From positions 55,210 to 119,209 of the forward strand of contig CAYMZN010000001.1 of NCBI GenBank assembly GCA_964394935.1: a stretch of DNA of 64,000 nt. The letters are read 5' to 3'. Position 1 is the first letter of the stretch. Every line of letters begins with the position of its first letter. Position numbers and translations under genes: made by a program. The notes below the pieces were generated by a model. It saw only the letters and a program-made list of their open reading frames with translations. It did not search any database and was not told where the DNA came from. This DNA is from an uncultured Candidatus Bathyarchaeia archaeon (GTDB taxonomy: Archaea > Thermoproteota > Bathyarchaeia > 40CM-2-53-6). Below, one piece after another: positions 1 to 10,861 of the stretch.

Positions 1-330
1 CTTATCGGCCTCCTTTAGGCTAAGCGCGATCGGTTTTTCGAGAAGCATAGGCACATGAGCTTCACAAGCCAAGACCACATGTTCTGTATGCAACGGTGTA
101 GGTGAAGCGATCACAACGCCGTCCAAACTCTCCTTTTCCAGCATCTGAGCGGGGCTCTCATACGCTCGAATGCCGAACCTTCTCGCAACGGCTAGCGCAA
201 CTCTCTTGATCGGATCCGCCACAGCGATGAGTTCCGCTTTTCTTGCACTGCCCGCAACATTCTCAGCGTGCAACTTGCCTATTCGGCCGACGCCCCAGAC
301 TCCAATTCGAACGCGCTTCATCGAAAGCAT
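1..330 (-). CDS. Gfo/Idh/MocA oxidoreductase, inositol 2-dehydrogenase-like (5' part only, runs off window start)
   Basis: Manual translation, not in ORF track: MLSMKRVRIGVWGVGRIGKLHAENV...VVIASPTPLH...LLEKPIALSLKEAD. Rossmann GxGxIG and EKP motifs. Confidence 0.85.
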   Translation of the reverse strand, partial: MLSMKRVRIGVWGVGRIGKLHAENVAGSARKAELIAVADPIKRVALAVARRFGIRAYESPAQMLEKESLDGVVIASPTPLHTEHVVLACEAHVPMLLEKPIALSLKEADK

Positions 331-491
331 ACCTCTTGGCAGCGTTGTTCTCAAATGGTATTTACTTGTTTTCCTGTGCAGTTGTCGAAAGCGAGAACCA
401 ATCGCGATCCCGAGTTATGAGCTAGCGCAGAAATTCAGCGGAGATGATGATAGCCTTATAGCCGAACGAGGCTGAATCTGCCGGTTCCGCC

Positions 492-680
492 TTGAGAATA
501 GACCACGAACTGTGTGTCGAGTGCGGTGCATGCATATCCTACTGTCACCAGAATGCCATATCTACGCGCAATAGCCACGGCGTCATCGAGCTGGATACTT
601 GCGTCGAATGCGAGACCTGTCCGAGAGCTTCTGTCTGCCCAATCGATGCGATAAAGAAGACATCCTTGCTCGCGGCCTAG
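492..680 (+). CDS. 2[4Fe-4S] ferredoxin-like protein
   Basis: CVECGACISYC and CVECETCPRASVCP motifs. Confidence 0.75.
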   Translation: MRIDHELCVECGACISYCHQNAISTRNSHGVIELDTCVECETCPRASVCPIDAIKKTSLLAA

Positions 681-747
681 GGAGATCCGGCGCAAAGGCC
701 TAAAAATAAGCTCTACTTCTGGTGTATGAGCTTGGAGTGAAACGGTT

Positions 748-1839
748 ATGGCCGAAGTGGAGCTGCAACACGTCACCAAACGGTTCGGCACTGTCGAGGC
801 CGTCAAGGATGTCAGCCTAAAAGTCATCGACAAGGAGTTCCTAACACTTCTCGGTCCGTCCGGATGCGGAAAGACAACAGTTCTTAGAATGATATCGGGG
901 TTGGAAACGCCAACTTCCGGCGACATATTCATTGGAGGCAAGAGAGTCAACGATGTCTCGCCCCGTGATCGGGACATAGCGATGGTCTTTCAGAGCTATG
1001 CGCTCTACCCGCACATGACGGTCTACGACAACCTTGCATTTCCCCTCAAGATCAAGAAGAAACGGAAGGATGAGATATCAAAGAGAGTCAAAGAGGCTGC
1101 AACTCTATTGGGCATCGACAAGTACCTGAAGAGGAAGCCCAAAGAGCTCAGCGGAGGTGAGCAGCAGCGCGTCGCACTCGGACGCGCCATCGTGAGGAAC
1201 CCTCAGGTGTTTCTGATGGACGAGCCGCTCTCCAACCTAGACGCCAAGCTAAGAGTTCACATGAGGGCCGAGCTGATTAGGCTTCAGAAGGAGCTCGCTA
1301 CGACGCTCATCTATGTGACCCACGACCAGTTGGAGGCGATGACGATGTCTGACAGGATCGCGATCATAGAGGCTGGCAAGCTCATTCAACTTGATAAACC
1401 CCAGGGCATATACCGGAAGCCAGCCAACCTCTTTGTCGCGGGATTCGTTGGAAGTCCGGCTATGAACTTCTTTGACTGCTCACTCGTCAGCAAGGATGGA
1501 CTCGCAATGCTCGATGCGGGAACTTTCACGTACGAGTTAGATACTGAACTGAGCAAGTTGGTCATCGACGAGGCGACGAGTGGTGAGGCCATTCTGGGAG
1601 TGCGCCCGGCGGACATTGCTATCAGGCTTGAGAAGAGAGAGAACAGCATCCCTGCCGAGGTGTACGTAGTTGAGCCCCTGGGAGACCAACTGTTGGTTGA
1701 CTTTAAGCTGGGCGCCAGCGTCTACAAAGCTTTTGGGCCAGCGGACCTGCGTGCCGGAATAGGAGACAAGGTCTTCATAGAGTTCAACAGAGAGAAGATT
1801 CACATATTCGACAAGAAGACGGAGAGAGCCATCGTCTAG
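748..1839 (+). CDS. Carbohydrate ABC transporter ATP-binding subunit (MalK/UgpC family)
   Basis: GPSGCGKT, VFQSYALYPHM, LSGGEQQR, MDEPLSNLD, C-terminal TOBE domain. Confidence 0.95.
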   Translation: MAEVELQHVTKRFGTVEAVKDVSLKVIDKEFLTLLGPSGCGKTTVLRMISGLETPTSGDIFIGGKRVNDVSPRDRDIAMVFQSYALYPHMTVYDNLAFPLKIKKKRKDEISKRVKEAATLLGIDKYLKRKPKELSGGEQQRVALGRAIVRNPQVFLMDEPLSNLDAKLRVHMRAELIRLQKELATTLIYVTHDQLEAMTMSDRIAIIEAGKLIQLDKPQGIYRKPANLFVAGFVGSPAMNFFDCSLVSKDGLAMLDAGTFTYELDTELSKLVIDEATSGEAILGVRPADIAIRLEKRENSIPAEVYVVEPLGDQLLVDFKLGASVYKAFGPADLRAGIGDKVFIEFNREKIHIFDKKTERAIV

Positions 1840-2106
1840 GATTTCAGCGTCCACACTAACATGCACATTTGATTTCCGTTCCAGAGGCGTATCTCTCTCG
1901 CTGACCGAAAGGCGGGCTCTTCACTCCTGTGACTTGGAGTCCGACTCGGACAGTGCATTCGGGACTTGTTCATCGTGAGCTCGATAGGAAACAATGAAAG
2001 GCGGTCTCGATGTCAGGTTCCTTGCTCATTCGGCAGTCCGAGCATGTGATCTTTCCGATACTGCTGTGAACTAGTGCGGTTTCTTTTTCGGGCAGACCGA
2101 TTGGTC

Positions 2107-2904
2107 TCACAAGAGTGGAGCAATAGCCTTGCCCGTCTGTCGAAACGCCTGCGCTTCATCTGGCTTGAAGATGATCTCTGCAGATACCCATCCCTGATAA
2201 TTTACCTGTTTGAGCGCTCTGAGAACAGCCTCAAAGTCGATGTGCCCTTGTCCAGGTGCACCTCTATTACAGTCGGCTAGGTGCACATGGCCGATGTGTC
2301 GTCCGAACGAACGAATGGACTGAACCGGGGAGTCCTCCTCTATGTTCATGTGGTAAGTATCAGCCAGTATCCTCATCTTGGTCGTGCCAACTCGTGCCAG
2401 CATCCTTGCGCCGTCAGAGAGGGTATGAATCAGATTCGATTCGGCCCGATTCACGGGCTCAAGTAGGAGTTGAACACCTGCCCGATCGGCTAAGCCACAG
2501 ATTTGTCGTAATGTCTGTGACAGTCTATCTTTGCCGCCATTTCTGCCGAGTCTCGCTGAATAGCTACCGCGAATCAGCCCAAGAATCACTGCACAATCAA
2601 GTTCAGAGCCTAAACGAATATATTCGTGAGCTCTCTGAGCGGCGGCCGCACGGATATACTTCCGGTCGTCAAGAAAGCTTAACCCAAATTTTGTGTACGT
2701 CATGCCTGTTCCGAGGGCGGCGAGCTCAAGACCGAGTGCAGCCAGAAGCTTAGCAATCTTTGCGGGGTTCGTCTTTCGTGGGTCATCGATATGAAGCTCG
2801 ACACCATGGAAGCGATTCCTTCGAACTGACTCAAGACGGATCTGTAGCTCACGGTACTTGTGAGGAGAGTCGCCTAACAGCGGCAAAGCTATTCCAAGTT
2901 TCAA
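2107..2904 (-). CDS. iolO: Sugar-phosphate isomerase/epimerase TIM barrel, 5-keto-L-gluconate epimerase IolO-like
   Basis: GTGMTY..GLS, ILGLIRG, LEPVNRAE, ADTYHMNIEE, HLADCNRGAPGQGHIDF; resembles Thermotoga IolO as recalled; next to iolN. Confidence 0.75.
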   Translation of the reverse strand: MKLGIALPLLGDSPHKYRELQIRLESVRRNRFHGVELHIDDPRKTNPAKIAKLLAALGLELAALGTGMTYTKFGLSFLDDRKYIRAAAAQRAHEYIRLGSELDCAVILGLIRGSYSARLGRNGGKDRLSQTLRQICGLADRAGVQLLLEPVNRAESNLIHTLSDGARMLARVGTTKMRILADTYHMNIEEDSPVQSIRSFGRHIGHVHLADCNRGAPGQGHIDFEAVLRALKQVNYQGWVSAEIIFKPDEAQAFRQTGKAIAPLL

Positions 2905-2957
2905 AGTTCAAGCTTCTCCTTCGTTCGCCGGAACGAGTGAGATGACTCCTCTCTTAT

Positions 2958-3410
2958 ATGCTCCGACATGTGGGAACTTTTGGGTATCGTGACAATAAGG
3001 CGTACCTAACAGACGAACTCGTGAGGAAGATAATGAGCCTCGTTAGAGACGTTAGGCGGGATATGGTCTTCACTCATTTATGCAAGGACTATAACCCGGA
3101 CCATCTGGCGGGGTCTGAAGCAACCGTATTGGTGGTCTTCAATGCCAGCAATCTCAAGTACGTGACAGACAGGCCGTCAGTGTCGCCAGAACGATATATG
3201 CACACACGATCTTTGGGCGGGATTTGGGGCCGGATTTCTGGCTTGATATCAGAGATACCATCGAGATCAAGCTGAGAGCGCTCGCGTCTCATGGGTCACA
3301 AATGACATTTCTTCGGAATTTCTCAAGCCAGCGTTGGGCGGACGCTTGTAGAAAATGCTGGGATATTTGCCGCATATCCGGGGGCTTCAGTCAAGCGTAA
3401 GCCACGCTGA
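2958..3410 (+). pseudogene. Remnant of PIG-L/LmbE family deacetylase
   Basis: DMVFTH..DYNPDH motif, then after a frameshift DIRDTIEIKLRALASHGSQ; N-terminal HPDD region absent; ends approximate. Confidence 0.6.
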
Positions 3411-3662
3411 AGCATTCGGGCTGGTCAAGAAAAGCGGATAGAACTTTGCATCCGGTATTCGCGCAATAGAACGGATACCAAAACAGTTTGTCGTGGATCT
3501 TGCGACTGCATTACGATACAGGATGCTCGTAGACTTGATAGTCTGCAAGTGTTAGAAGTGATCTGTGAATTTAAAGGAAGAAGATTAATAGAGGTCGCCC
3601 TGTACGTGGGCGCGTGGTTGATTGGATTGGCAAATTGGAAGCTTCCGCCTGATGGCGGCCAC

Positions 3663-4598
3663 ATGGAGAAGCCTTCGAGGATCTACTTCCAAAACATGAC
3701 CATGTCGGACATAAAGGAGAGGCTGAAGAAGAATGACCTGATAATCATTCCAGTGGGTTCAACTGAAAACCACGGTCCCCACGCTCCTGTTGGAGAGGAC
3801 ACGTTTCTAGTAACACGAATGGCTGAGCTTGTCGCCCAGAAAACGGGTTGTACTGTAGCACAGCCCTACTGGTATGGGTCCCATCCGTATCATCACTTGG
3901 GAATGCCGGGAACGGTGGTGGTGGACGATGACGATTTCAAGGCAACCCTACGAGCGGTCATGGCGGGCCTCTGGAACACAGGATTCAGGAAGCAGATCCT
4001 GCTCAACGGACACGGCCAGGAATACGTGATACCGTCGGCAATACATCAGTTCGCAAAGAAGTATCAGGTGCCAGGCGTTTTCGTCAACCTGAACTGGTAC
4101 CATGCGATTCCGCAGTGGTGTAAGGATAAACAGGGCGGCGGGCCATTCGACACGCCCTTCATACACGCTGATGAAGCGGAAACTTCTTTCAGCCTCGCGC
4201 TGTTCCCGGAGCTGTTCCAAATGGAGAAGGCTGTAGACACGAAACCCTATGGTTTCCTAGCGGATCAGGCGAGGCACGTTGACAAGGCAGGCAACCTATA
4301 CCAAAGACCGATAAACTGGTATGGGCATGTGGGTCTGGGCCCCATGGAAGTGTTTGCCTATCCTCCAGGGGTCGTCGGGAGAGCAACACTCGCGAAGGCC
4401 GAGAAGGCTTTCAAAGGGATCGAATCCCTGCTTGACTACATGGTGGAACTCCACAACGCGATTATGGAGAAGTTCCCGGCTGGACAGCTCCCTCCGATGG
4501 AGCAGGTCACGCAGAGGAGAAGAGAGGACGTAGAGGCCGTCGTGAAAGGACCGCTCAACGGAGGCAGGCACATCTACACACTAGCCTATCCTCCATAG
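3663..4598 (+). CDS. iolN: 3-dehydro-scyllo-inosose hydrolase (creatininase family)
   Basis: IIPVGSTENHG, GEDTFLVTRMAE, FRKQILLNGHGQE, TPFIHADEAETS; very like Thermotoga IolN as recalled; start set at MEKPS. Confidence 0.88.
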   Translation: MEKPSRIYFQNMTMSDIKERLKKNDLIIIPVGSTENHGPHAPVGEDTFLVTRMAELVAQKTGCTVAQPYWYGSHPYHHLGMPGTVVVDDDDFKATLRAVMAGLWNTGFRKQILLNGHGQEYVIPSAIHQFAKKYQVPGVFVNLNWYHAIPQWCKDKQGGGPFDTPFIHADEAETSFSLALFPELFQMEKAVDTKPYGFLADQARHVDKAGNLYQRPINWYGHVGLGPMEVFAYPPGVVGRATLAKAEKAFKGIESLLDYMVELHNAIMEKFPAGQLPPMEQVTQRRREDVEAVVKGPLNGGRHIYTLAYPP

Positions 4599-4621
4599 CG
4601 GCAAACCCTAAGACCCGTTTT

Positions 4622-5490
4622 CTAGGCAGATTTCGAAGCCTCAGCAAGCAATTCATCTAGTCTATCTTTGACACCGGCGGGCGGAGGGGAAGACCATTGA
4701 TCCTTGAGGACGACTGGCTCTTCTCACGTGCCCTCGATGCTAAGTCTTTTCCGCCATTTTTCTTCCGGTGTGCCCAGTCCCATCTGTCCATGATGCTGAA
4801 AAGCAGATGTTCTTTCGGGAAATGAGCCAGCGTGTGTCAAGGGCCAGAGTATCCTCGCCTACTCGGATTCCTTCTATGATTCTGTGCGTGGCTGCCGCGA
4901 TCTCGTCAGCTATGACGGGATGCGCGAGGGATTCACCCCGGTCCACCCCCAGCTGTCCGACCGTTCCGCCCGGGTTGGCACCCCAGAGCGCGACCTTCGG
5001 GCGGGAATGGTTCAACTTGCACGGTCGCATGGACTGCCCACAGCCGCAAACTCGGGAACAACTGACTTTAAGGCTGTTGACTCTCAGTAGGGCTTCGACA
5101 CGGACCTAAGGATGAGCCGTAGCATCCGTAGACGCAGGGCGTAAAAGCGTCGAGGAGCTGCGCAAGCGCAATACTCGCAAGAACCTCGGCGTTGCCAAGC
5201 GAAAGCGTTCCCGCGAACATGACCGGGGGCACGTATCTGCGGAGGCGTCTCCTGGGGAGTCGCCCAGCAACCTGTACCCGGCGCACCGAGCAGGTGGATG
5301 TTCCTCAACCCATCCATGAGTCGAGTGCCGTTCTACAAATCGCCAACGTAGCGGTCCTCCTTGTCTTGAGCAGGTAGTCAATCACATAGATCTGACCCCA
5401 GCCGCCCTCTTGTGGATTCCATCGCCGCCGACGGGCACGTCGTTGTCCCGGTTTCCGGCGCATTGAATGTACTTTGAGGGGGCTTTTTTC
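4622..5490 (-). pseudogene. Decayed trimethylamine:corrinoid methyltransferase (MttB family)
   Basis: Fragments in several frames: PVMFAGTLSLGNAEVLASIALAQL..PCVYG, VIADEIAAATHRIIEGIRVGEDTLALD, DLASRAREK; many frameshifts and deletions; ends approximate. Confidence 0.7.
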
Positions 5491-5560
5491 AAGCAAGATC
5501 TTAGCAAGCTCCGTGGTGTCCTCCCAATTTGTCTCCGAAATTCAACCGCATGAGAGTTCG

Positions 5561-6856
5561 TCAGTCGTAGTACTCGAGGCCGAGGTGGGTGATCAATTCT
5601 TCTCCACGTAGATACCTCAACGTATTCTTCAGCTTCATCAATTGGATGAACAAGTCGTGTTCGGGATAAAGACCAGGCGGGGTCATCGGGCTCTTAAAGT
5701 AGAAGCTGAGCCATTCCTGGATTCCCTTCATGCCGCTGCGCTGCGCAAGATCTAGGAAAAGCGCCAAGTCTAGCACGATTGGCGCAGCTAGGATGGAATC
5801 GCGGCAGAGGAAGTTTATTTTGAGCTGCATCGGGTACCCGAGCCATCCGAAGATGTCGATGTTGTCCCAGCCTTCCTTATTATCACCTCTCGGAGGATAG
5901 TAGTCTATTCTCACCTGGTGCCGGATATTTCCGTACAAGTCCGGATACATGTCGGGCTGAAGTATGTACTGCAGGACGCCCAGCTTGGACTCTTCCTTCG
6001 TCTTGAAACTCTCCGGGTCATCCAGCACCTCGCCATCCCGGTTGCCTAGAATGTTGGTGGAGTACCATCCGCGGAGGCCGAGCATGCGCGCCTTGAAACC
6101 TGGCGCAACTATCGTTTTCATTAGTGTCTGGCCGGTCTTGAGATCTTTCCCTGCAATGGGGACTTTGTTTTGCTTGGCCAGATCAATCAGGGCGGGTATG
6201 TCGACACAGAGGTTCGGAGCCGCGTTCGCGAACGGAACTCCGGTGACCAGAGATGCATAGGCGTAGATCATTGACGGAGAGATCTCTGGTGAATTGTCTT
6301 CTAGTGCCTTCTCGAAGGCCGTAAGGTTCTCGTGTTCTGGCTTAACGATCGTGTGCGCCTCTGTGGAGCCGCAGCAGATCATCACGAGCCTCGATGCGCC
6401 CGTCCTCGTCTTGAACTCTTTGATGTCCGCCACTATCTGATCTGCGAGATCTTTCTTGTTGCAGCCAACCTTCACATGCGTCCCAGTGAGACGCCTCACC
6501 CATCTCTGCTCAAAGGCACCTTTCATCGGCTTGATATCCCGAAGCGGTGTCTCTAGACTCTTCAGCAATGCTGGATCAAGAACAGCGGCTTTCGACGCAG
6601 CCATGAATGCATCGTCAGGGAAAATGTCCCAGGCGCCAAAGACAAGGTCACGGATGTCCGCCAGTGGCACGAAGTCCTTGATGAGGGGGCTCCTCTTCTC
6701 AGTTCGCTTTCCAAGCCTTATCGTTGCCATCTGAGTCAGACTGCCGAATGGCTTTGCAAGTCCAAACTTTACTGCTTCGACGCCAGCGATCAACGTCGTG
6801 CTGACAGCTCCGAGACCAACAAGCATCACGCCCAGCTTTCCTGTGGGCTGACTCAT
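5561..6856 (-). CDS. ino1: myo-inositol-1-phosphate synthase
   Basis: GLGAVSTT, GKDLKTGQT, STNILGNRDG, RGDNKEGWD, CRDSILAAPIVLDL; start set at MSQPTG. Confidence 0.93.
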   Translation of the reverse strand: MSQPTGKLGVMLVGLGAVSTTLIAGVEAVKFGLAKPFGSLTQMATIRLGKRTEKRSPLIKDFVPLADIRDLVFGAWDIFPDDAFMAASKAAVLDPALLKSLETPLRDIKPMKGAFEQRWVRRLTGTHVKVGCNKKDLADQIVADIKEFKTRTGASRLVMICCGSTEAHTIVKPEHENLTAFEKALEDNSPEISPSMIYAYASLVTGVPFANAAPNLCVDIPALIDLAKQNKVPIAGKDLKTGQTLMKTIVAPGFKARMLGLRGWYSTNILGNRDGEVLDDPESFKTKEESKLGVLQYILQPDMYPDLYGNIRHQVRIDYYPPRGDNKEGWDNIDIFGWLGYPMQLKINFLCRDSILAAPIVLDLALFLDLAQRSGMKGIQEWLSFYFKSPMTPPGLYPEHDLFIQLMKLKNTLRYLRGEELITHLGLEYYD

Positions 6857-7225
6857 GTCTACGCCCTTTCCCAACTCGCCGCACCTGTGATGTTCAAGCG
6901 AAGCGATATGTCGCCATAGTTCACCTTTGCGGTTCGAGTACTTCCTATACGCCAGGTCGGCTGATACTCGAGAAGCGTCACGTGATGTTAACCTGGCGCC
7001 TGGTTCCGAATGCCCAGTCGTGAATAGCCGCGCAATTGTTCCTACCGGATCGCAATTCTCCCCTTTTTCAAGTGTTCTCGTGAGACTCGTGACCGCAACG
7101 AGTATCATGATGATGCTCTGTGAGACGTAAGCATCCCAGAAGCACTGGAACCAACCGTGAGCTTCCTAAACCTAAAATGCGAACTAGGATACCCCCTAAG
7201 GAGACGGGCATTGCAAAGAAAAACC

Positions 7226-8266
7226 ATGAGAGCGGTCCAGTTCTACGAGCCTGGAGTGCTGAAACTGGAACAAGTTGAGCTGCCGATGATAGGTCCGGAT
7301 GAGATACTGGTCAAGACCGCAGTCACCTTGACGTGTGGCACAGACCTGAAGATGTACAAGAGGGGCCACCCGTTGGCCAAGCCTCCTCTCATCATTGGTC
7401 ATGAGTTCGCCGGCGTTGTCGCCCAGGTTGGCGACAATGTTCAGAAGTTCAGGGAAGGCATGAGGGTTGTGGCGGCAAATTCTGCTCCCTGCAATACCTG
7501 CTTCTTCTGCAAGAGAGGCAGACAGAACCTCTGCGAGCACCTCGATGAGAACGTCATAGGCTTTTCGTGGCCCGGTGCCTATGCCGAGTATGTTCGTGTG
7601 CCACCCCACATCGTGAAACAGAACACCCTTGAGATTCCGAGTCACATTTCTTTCAAGGAAGCGGCGTTGGTAGAGCCTCTCGCCTGCGTTGTCCATGGCA
7701 AGGAAGCGGCCGAAATGGGCATTGGAGACACTGTCGTTGTTATCGGAGCTGGCCCGATAGGGCTCCTTCATCTCCAACTTGCAAAGAAGAGTGCAGGAAC
7801 CGTCATCGTTTCTGACCTTTCAAAACGAAGACTTGAGGCTGCACAAGACATTGGGGCAGATCATGTGATAGAAGCAGGTCAGGAGGACCAAGTCAAGAGA
7901 GTTAAGGAGTTGACAGGCCGAAGAGGAGCAGATATCGTGATAGAGGCTGCGGGCACGCCTGAGACCTGGGAGAAAGCGGTGGCGATGACTAGGCGAGGCG
8001 GCGTCGCGCTGCTCTTTGGAGGATGCAGATCAGGCACTAGTATCTCGATCGATACGGATGTGGTGCACTATGGCGAGCTGACCATTAGAGGAGCCTTTCA
8101 CCACACGCCTTCGTGCGTCGAAAAAGCGCTCAATTTGATCTCTTCAGGGATTGTGAAGGCCGAGCACCTGGTCAGCCGGGAGATGCCACTAGCCGAGGTC
8201 TCCGCAGCCTTGGAGCTGATGGCTCAAGGTCAAGCGGTAAAGGTCGCTATCCGCCCGGATCTTTGA
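7226..8266 (+). CDS. Zn-dependent alcohol/polyol dehydrogenase (MDR family)
   Basis: CGTD, GHEFAG, CxxCxxCx7C structural Zn site, GAGPIG. Confidence 0.9.
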   Translation: MRAVQFYEPGVLKLEQVELPMIGPDEILVKTAVTLTCGTDLKMYKRGHPLAKPPLIIGHEFAGVVAQVGDNVQKFREGMRVVAANSAPCNTCFFCKRGRQNLCEHLDENVIGFSWPGAYAEYVRVPPHIVKQNTLEIPSHISFKEAALVEPLACVVHGKEAAEMGIGDTVVVIGAGPIGLLHLQLAKKSAGTVIVSDLSKRRLEAAQDIGADHVIEAGQEDQVKRVKELTGRRGADIVIEAAGTPETWEKAVAMTRRGGVALLFGGCRSGTSISIDTDVVHYGELTIRGAFHHTPSCVEKALNLISSGIVKAEHLVSREMPLAEVSAALELMAQGQAVKVAIRPDL

Positions 8267-8342
8267 ACCGTGGTGTCATACATATCGAATCGATTAGCGA
8301 TGCCGACAGCGGAACGAAAGCTGCGGAATCCGAGATTTACTA

Positions 8343-8768
8343 ATGCTTAACAACCAGCTGACCAACTCGACATTCGAAGCGGGCAAGATCATGTATGTCG
8401 TGAACCTGGACCAAAAGATGCAGTTCGAGGTCTTGTCAAAAGCAGGCGCAGAGAAGGTGAGGGTGAAGTATCTCATCCACAAGGCAGCGGGCGCGGAGAA
8501 GTTCTTTCTGCGCTACTACTCAGTCGAGAAGGGAGGGCACACGCCCCTGAATAAGCATGCGGCCGAGCATGAAGTCTTCATTATGAAAGGCAAAGGCCGT
8601 CTAGTTGGAAGCGAACGAGAATACGATGTAGGGCCCGGAGATGCGATTTTCATTGGTTCATATGAACTTCATCAATTTGTCAACACCGAGACTGAACCCC
8701 TAGAATTCCTCTGTGTCAGAGGAGCTGATGAACTGTACACAGCCGAAAAACGTGCCTCGTCAGAATGA
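8343..8768 (+). CDS. Cupin domain protein
   Basis: GGHTPLNKHAAEHEV...GDAIFI..ELHQF cupin motifs; true start may be 8391. Confidence 0.85.
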   Translation: MLNNQLTNSTFEAGKIMYVVNLDQKMQFEVLSKAGAEKVRVKYLIHKAAGAEKFFLRYYSVEKGGHTPLNKHAAEHEVFIMKGKGRLVGSEREYDVGPGDAIFIGSYELHQFVNTETEPLEFLCVRGADELYTAEKRASSE

Positions 8769-8816
8769 GGGACTCACGCCACGGCTGGATCTTCGACTCG
8801 TCCTCCTCGTCTCTTG

Positions 8817-9848
8817 TCACCCTGACAGAACAACGACCTTCAGAGAGTCCTTGGCCTCGGCCGCGCACCGAATAGCCTCAGCAGTGTCTTCGAGCCTAAA
8901 CCTATGCGTTATGATGGAAGTTAGGTCTATTCTTCCTGAGGTCATTAGCTCGAGCGCCGCGTTTGTCTCCAACTCAGTCGTCGAGTAGCTAGGGACTATT
9001 GAAATCTCATTCAGAAAGACCTTGCTGACATCGTATGAAAGCATCGCACCTCTATGCGGCGCACCGAAGAGAATGACGGCTCCACCTTTTCTCACCAAGT
9101 CAATTGCTTGAAGTATTGCATCGGGTGCCCCGACGGAGACAATCACACCGTCGGCTCCCCTGCCACCGGTCTCTTCTCTTACGCGTTCGACCATGTCCTC
9201 ACTTCTAGGATTGAAGACAGCCGTGGCTCCAAGCTTTCTTGCCGCGTCTAGCCTGAATCCAGCGATGTCACTTGCGAAAACCCTACCCGCTCCGAAGATC
9301 GTCAGAAGCCGAATGTGGGTTAGTCCTATCGGTCCGCAACCAACCACCATGAAGTCATCCCCCGGCCTAATGCGAGCCTTCGACAGCCCTCTGATACAGC
9401 AAGCCGTTGGCTCAATGAGTGTTGCTTCCTCGTCGGAGATTTTGGAAGGCAGATTGAGAACTGCACCCCGCTCGACGCTCGTTCGAGGCACCTTGAAGTA
9501 TTCGGCGAAGCCGCAAGGCTCGATGGTTGTGTTGGCAAAACTCGCGCACATCGTGTGATCTCCACGCCTACAATAGTGGCACACATAGCACGGAACATGG
9601 TGATGCACGAATACGCGGTCACCAGCATGAAAGCCCTCAACTTCTTCCCCGACGTCAGTGATTCTCCCAACGGCCTCGTGGCCCAACATCGGAGGAGTGA
9701 TGTGGAGGCCTCGAACCTTTTCGATATCTGTGCCGCATACTCCACAGGCTCGCATCTTCACAAGAACATCGCCCGGACCTACACTAGGAATCGGTCGATC
9801 CTCAATCCGCACCATGTTTGGCTGTACAACAAATGCGGCCTTCATCAT
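8817..9848 (-). CDS. Zn-dependent dehydrogenase (sorbitol/threonine dehydrogenase-like MDR)
   Basis: CGVCGTD, GHE, HHHVPCYVCHYC, GCGPIG. Confidence 0.9.
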   Translation of the reverse strand: MMKAAFVVQPNMVRIEDRPIPSVGPGDVLVKMRACGVCGTDIEKVRGLHITPPMLGHEAVGRITDVGEEVEGFHAGDRVFVHHHVPCYVCHYCRRGDHTMCASFANTTIEPCGFAEYFKVPRTSVERGAVLNLPSKISDEEATLIEPTACCIRGLSKARIRPGDDFMVVGCGPIGLTHIRLLTIFGAGRVFASDIAGFRLDAARKLGATAVFNPRSEDMVERVREETGGRGADGVIVSVGAPDAILQAIDLVRKGGAVILFGAPHRGAMLSYDVSKVFLNEISIVPSYSTTELETNAALELMTSGRIDLTSIITHRFRLEDTAEAIRCAAEAKDSLKVVVLSG

Positions 9849-10082
9849 AACCTGCCCAACCAAATTAGCGAAGTCGCCATATAACTTCCATCGGAGCCAA
9901 GAAGGAAATCCAAGGTGAGTCGAATCAAGAACACCTTGATGTTGGGCGAAGTCGAAGTCTGTGAGGCCTACTTGCCATCGATCGCGGGACGGAAGGACCT
10001 ACTCCAACTAGGCAACACGGAGGAGCTTCGGTTCTACACGCATGGGAACCTCCCACCCCTCCAATTCTTCCATGTACATCGG

Positions 10083-10442
10083 TCAGCAGGTCAGATGAAG
10101 AGCTGCTAGTGATCTCTTTGATTTCGACATAGCGTTGAAGAGGTCGCAGGCTTTCTTCGTTCTCTCCACCAGAATCTCGATACCTTTCTTTTGAAAATAC
10201 TCTGTCGTTTCTTTCGGAACCTTCATCATGCCCATGTAGCCCGTTCCGATGATGACAACCTCGGGCTCGAAACTCTGTAGAGCCTCCCTCATGTCTGAGA
10301 CTTGCAATGCATGTCCTTCCTCTCTCCACCAGCTCGCCTGGACTTTGTCCCCTAAGATCATTACGTCGCTTCTGTAGGTGACCCCATCGATCACAATTCG
10401 CCCAAAATCATACGATTCGATCAATCTGTCACAGCCGCCCAT
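10083..10442 (-). CDS. Mth938-like (DUF498) protein
   Basis: YDFGRIVIDG, WWREEGH, IIGTGYMG, C-terminal ALHLTC. Confidence 0.88.
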   Translation of the reverse strand: MGGCDRLIESYDFGRIVIDGVTYRSDVMILGDKVQASWWREEGHALQVSDMREALQSFEPEVVIIGTGYMGMMKVPKETTEYFQKKGIEILVERTKKACDLFNAMSKSKRSLAALHLTC

Positions 10443-10487
10443 GTCTCACGTCAGGAGCTACATGTGCAGCACAGTCTGGAGCAGTAA

Positions 10488-10697
10488 TTATGCGACCAAT
10501 GGCTCAATTATGGCCTTCCTGCGTTTGCGCCTCACGGAATCCACAATGGACAAGAACTCAGCCTCGTTCAGCAGGGCAATGCCGTCGTCGCAATAGCGTC
10601 CTGTTCTCCGTTCAATCTCACGATCTATCTCCTCACGTTCTTCATGGGTCGTCTCAATGCCTAGCCTGCGCAGCCATTCTCTAACTTTGATACTCAT
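10488..10697 (-). CDS. Small hypothetical protein
   Basis: Charged 69-aa ORF with GGAG-like upstream sequence, co-oriented with Mth938 gene. Confidence 0.65.
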   Translation of the reverse strand: MSIKVREWLRRLGIETTHEEREEIDREIERRTGRYCDDGIALLNEAEFLSIVDSVRRKRRKAIIEPLVA

Positions 10698-10861
10698 CTG
10701 CTCAATCCCTCTCCGATTTCAGACTATGGCTCAGTCCCAGCGGGCAAGACTGCGCATAGATTGTGTTTCCCTTGATGTAAACACTGCTGGAGCGTATGGG
10801 GGCTTCACAAGACGCCCGAAGACTGCTCCTCTGATCTGCTACACAGAGGTAATATGGAGCC

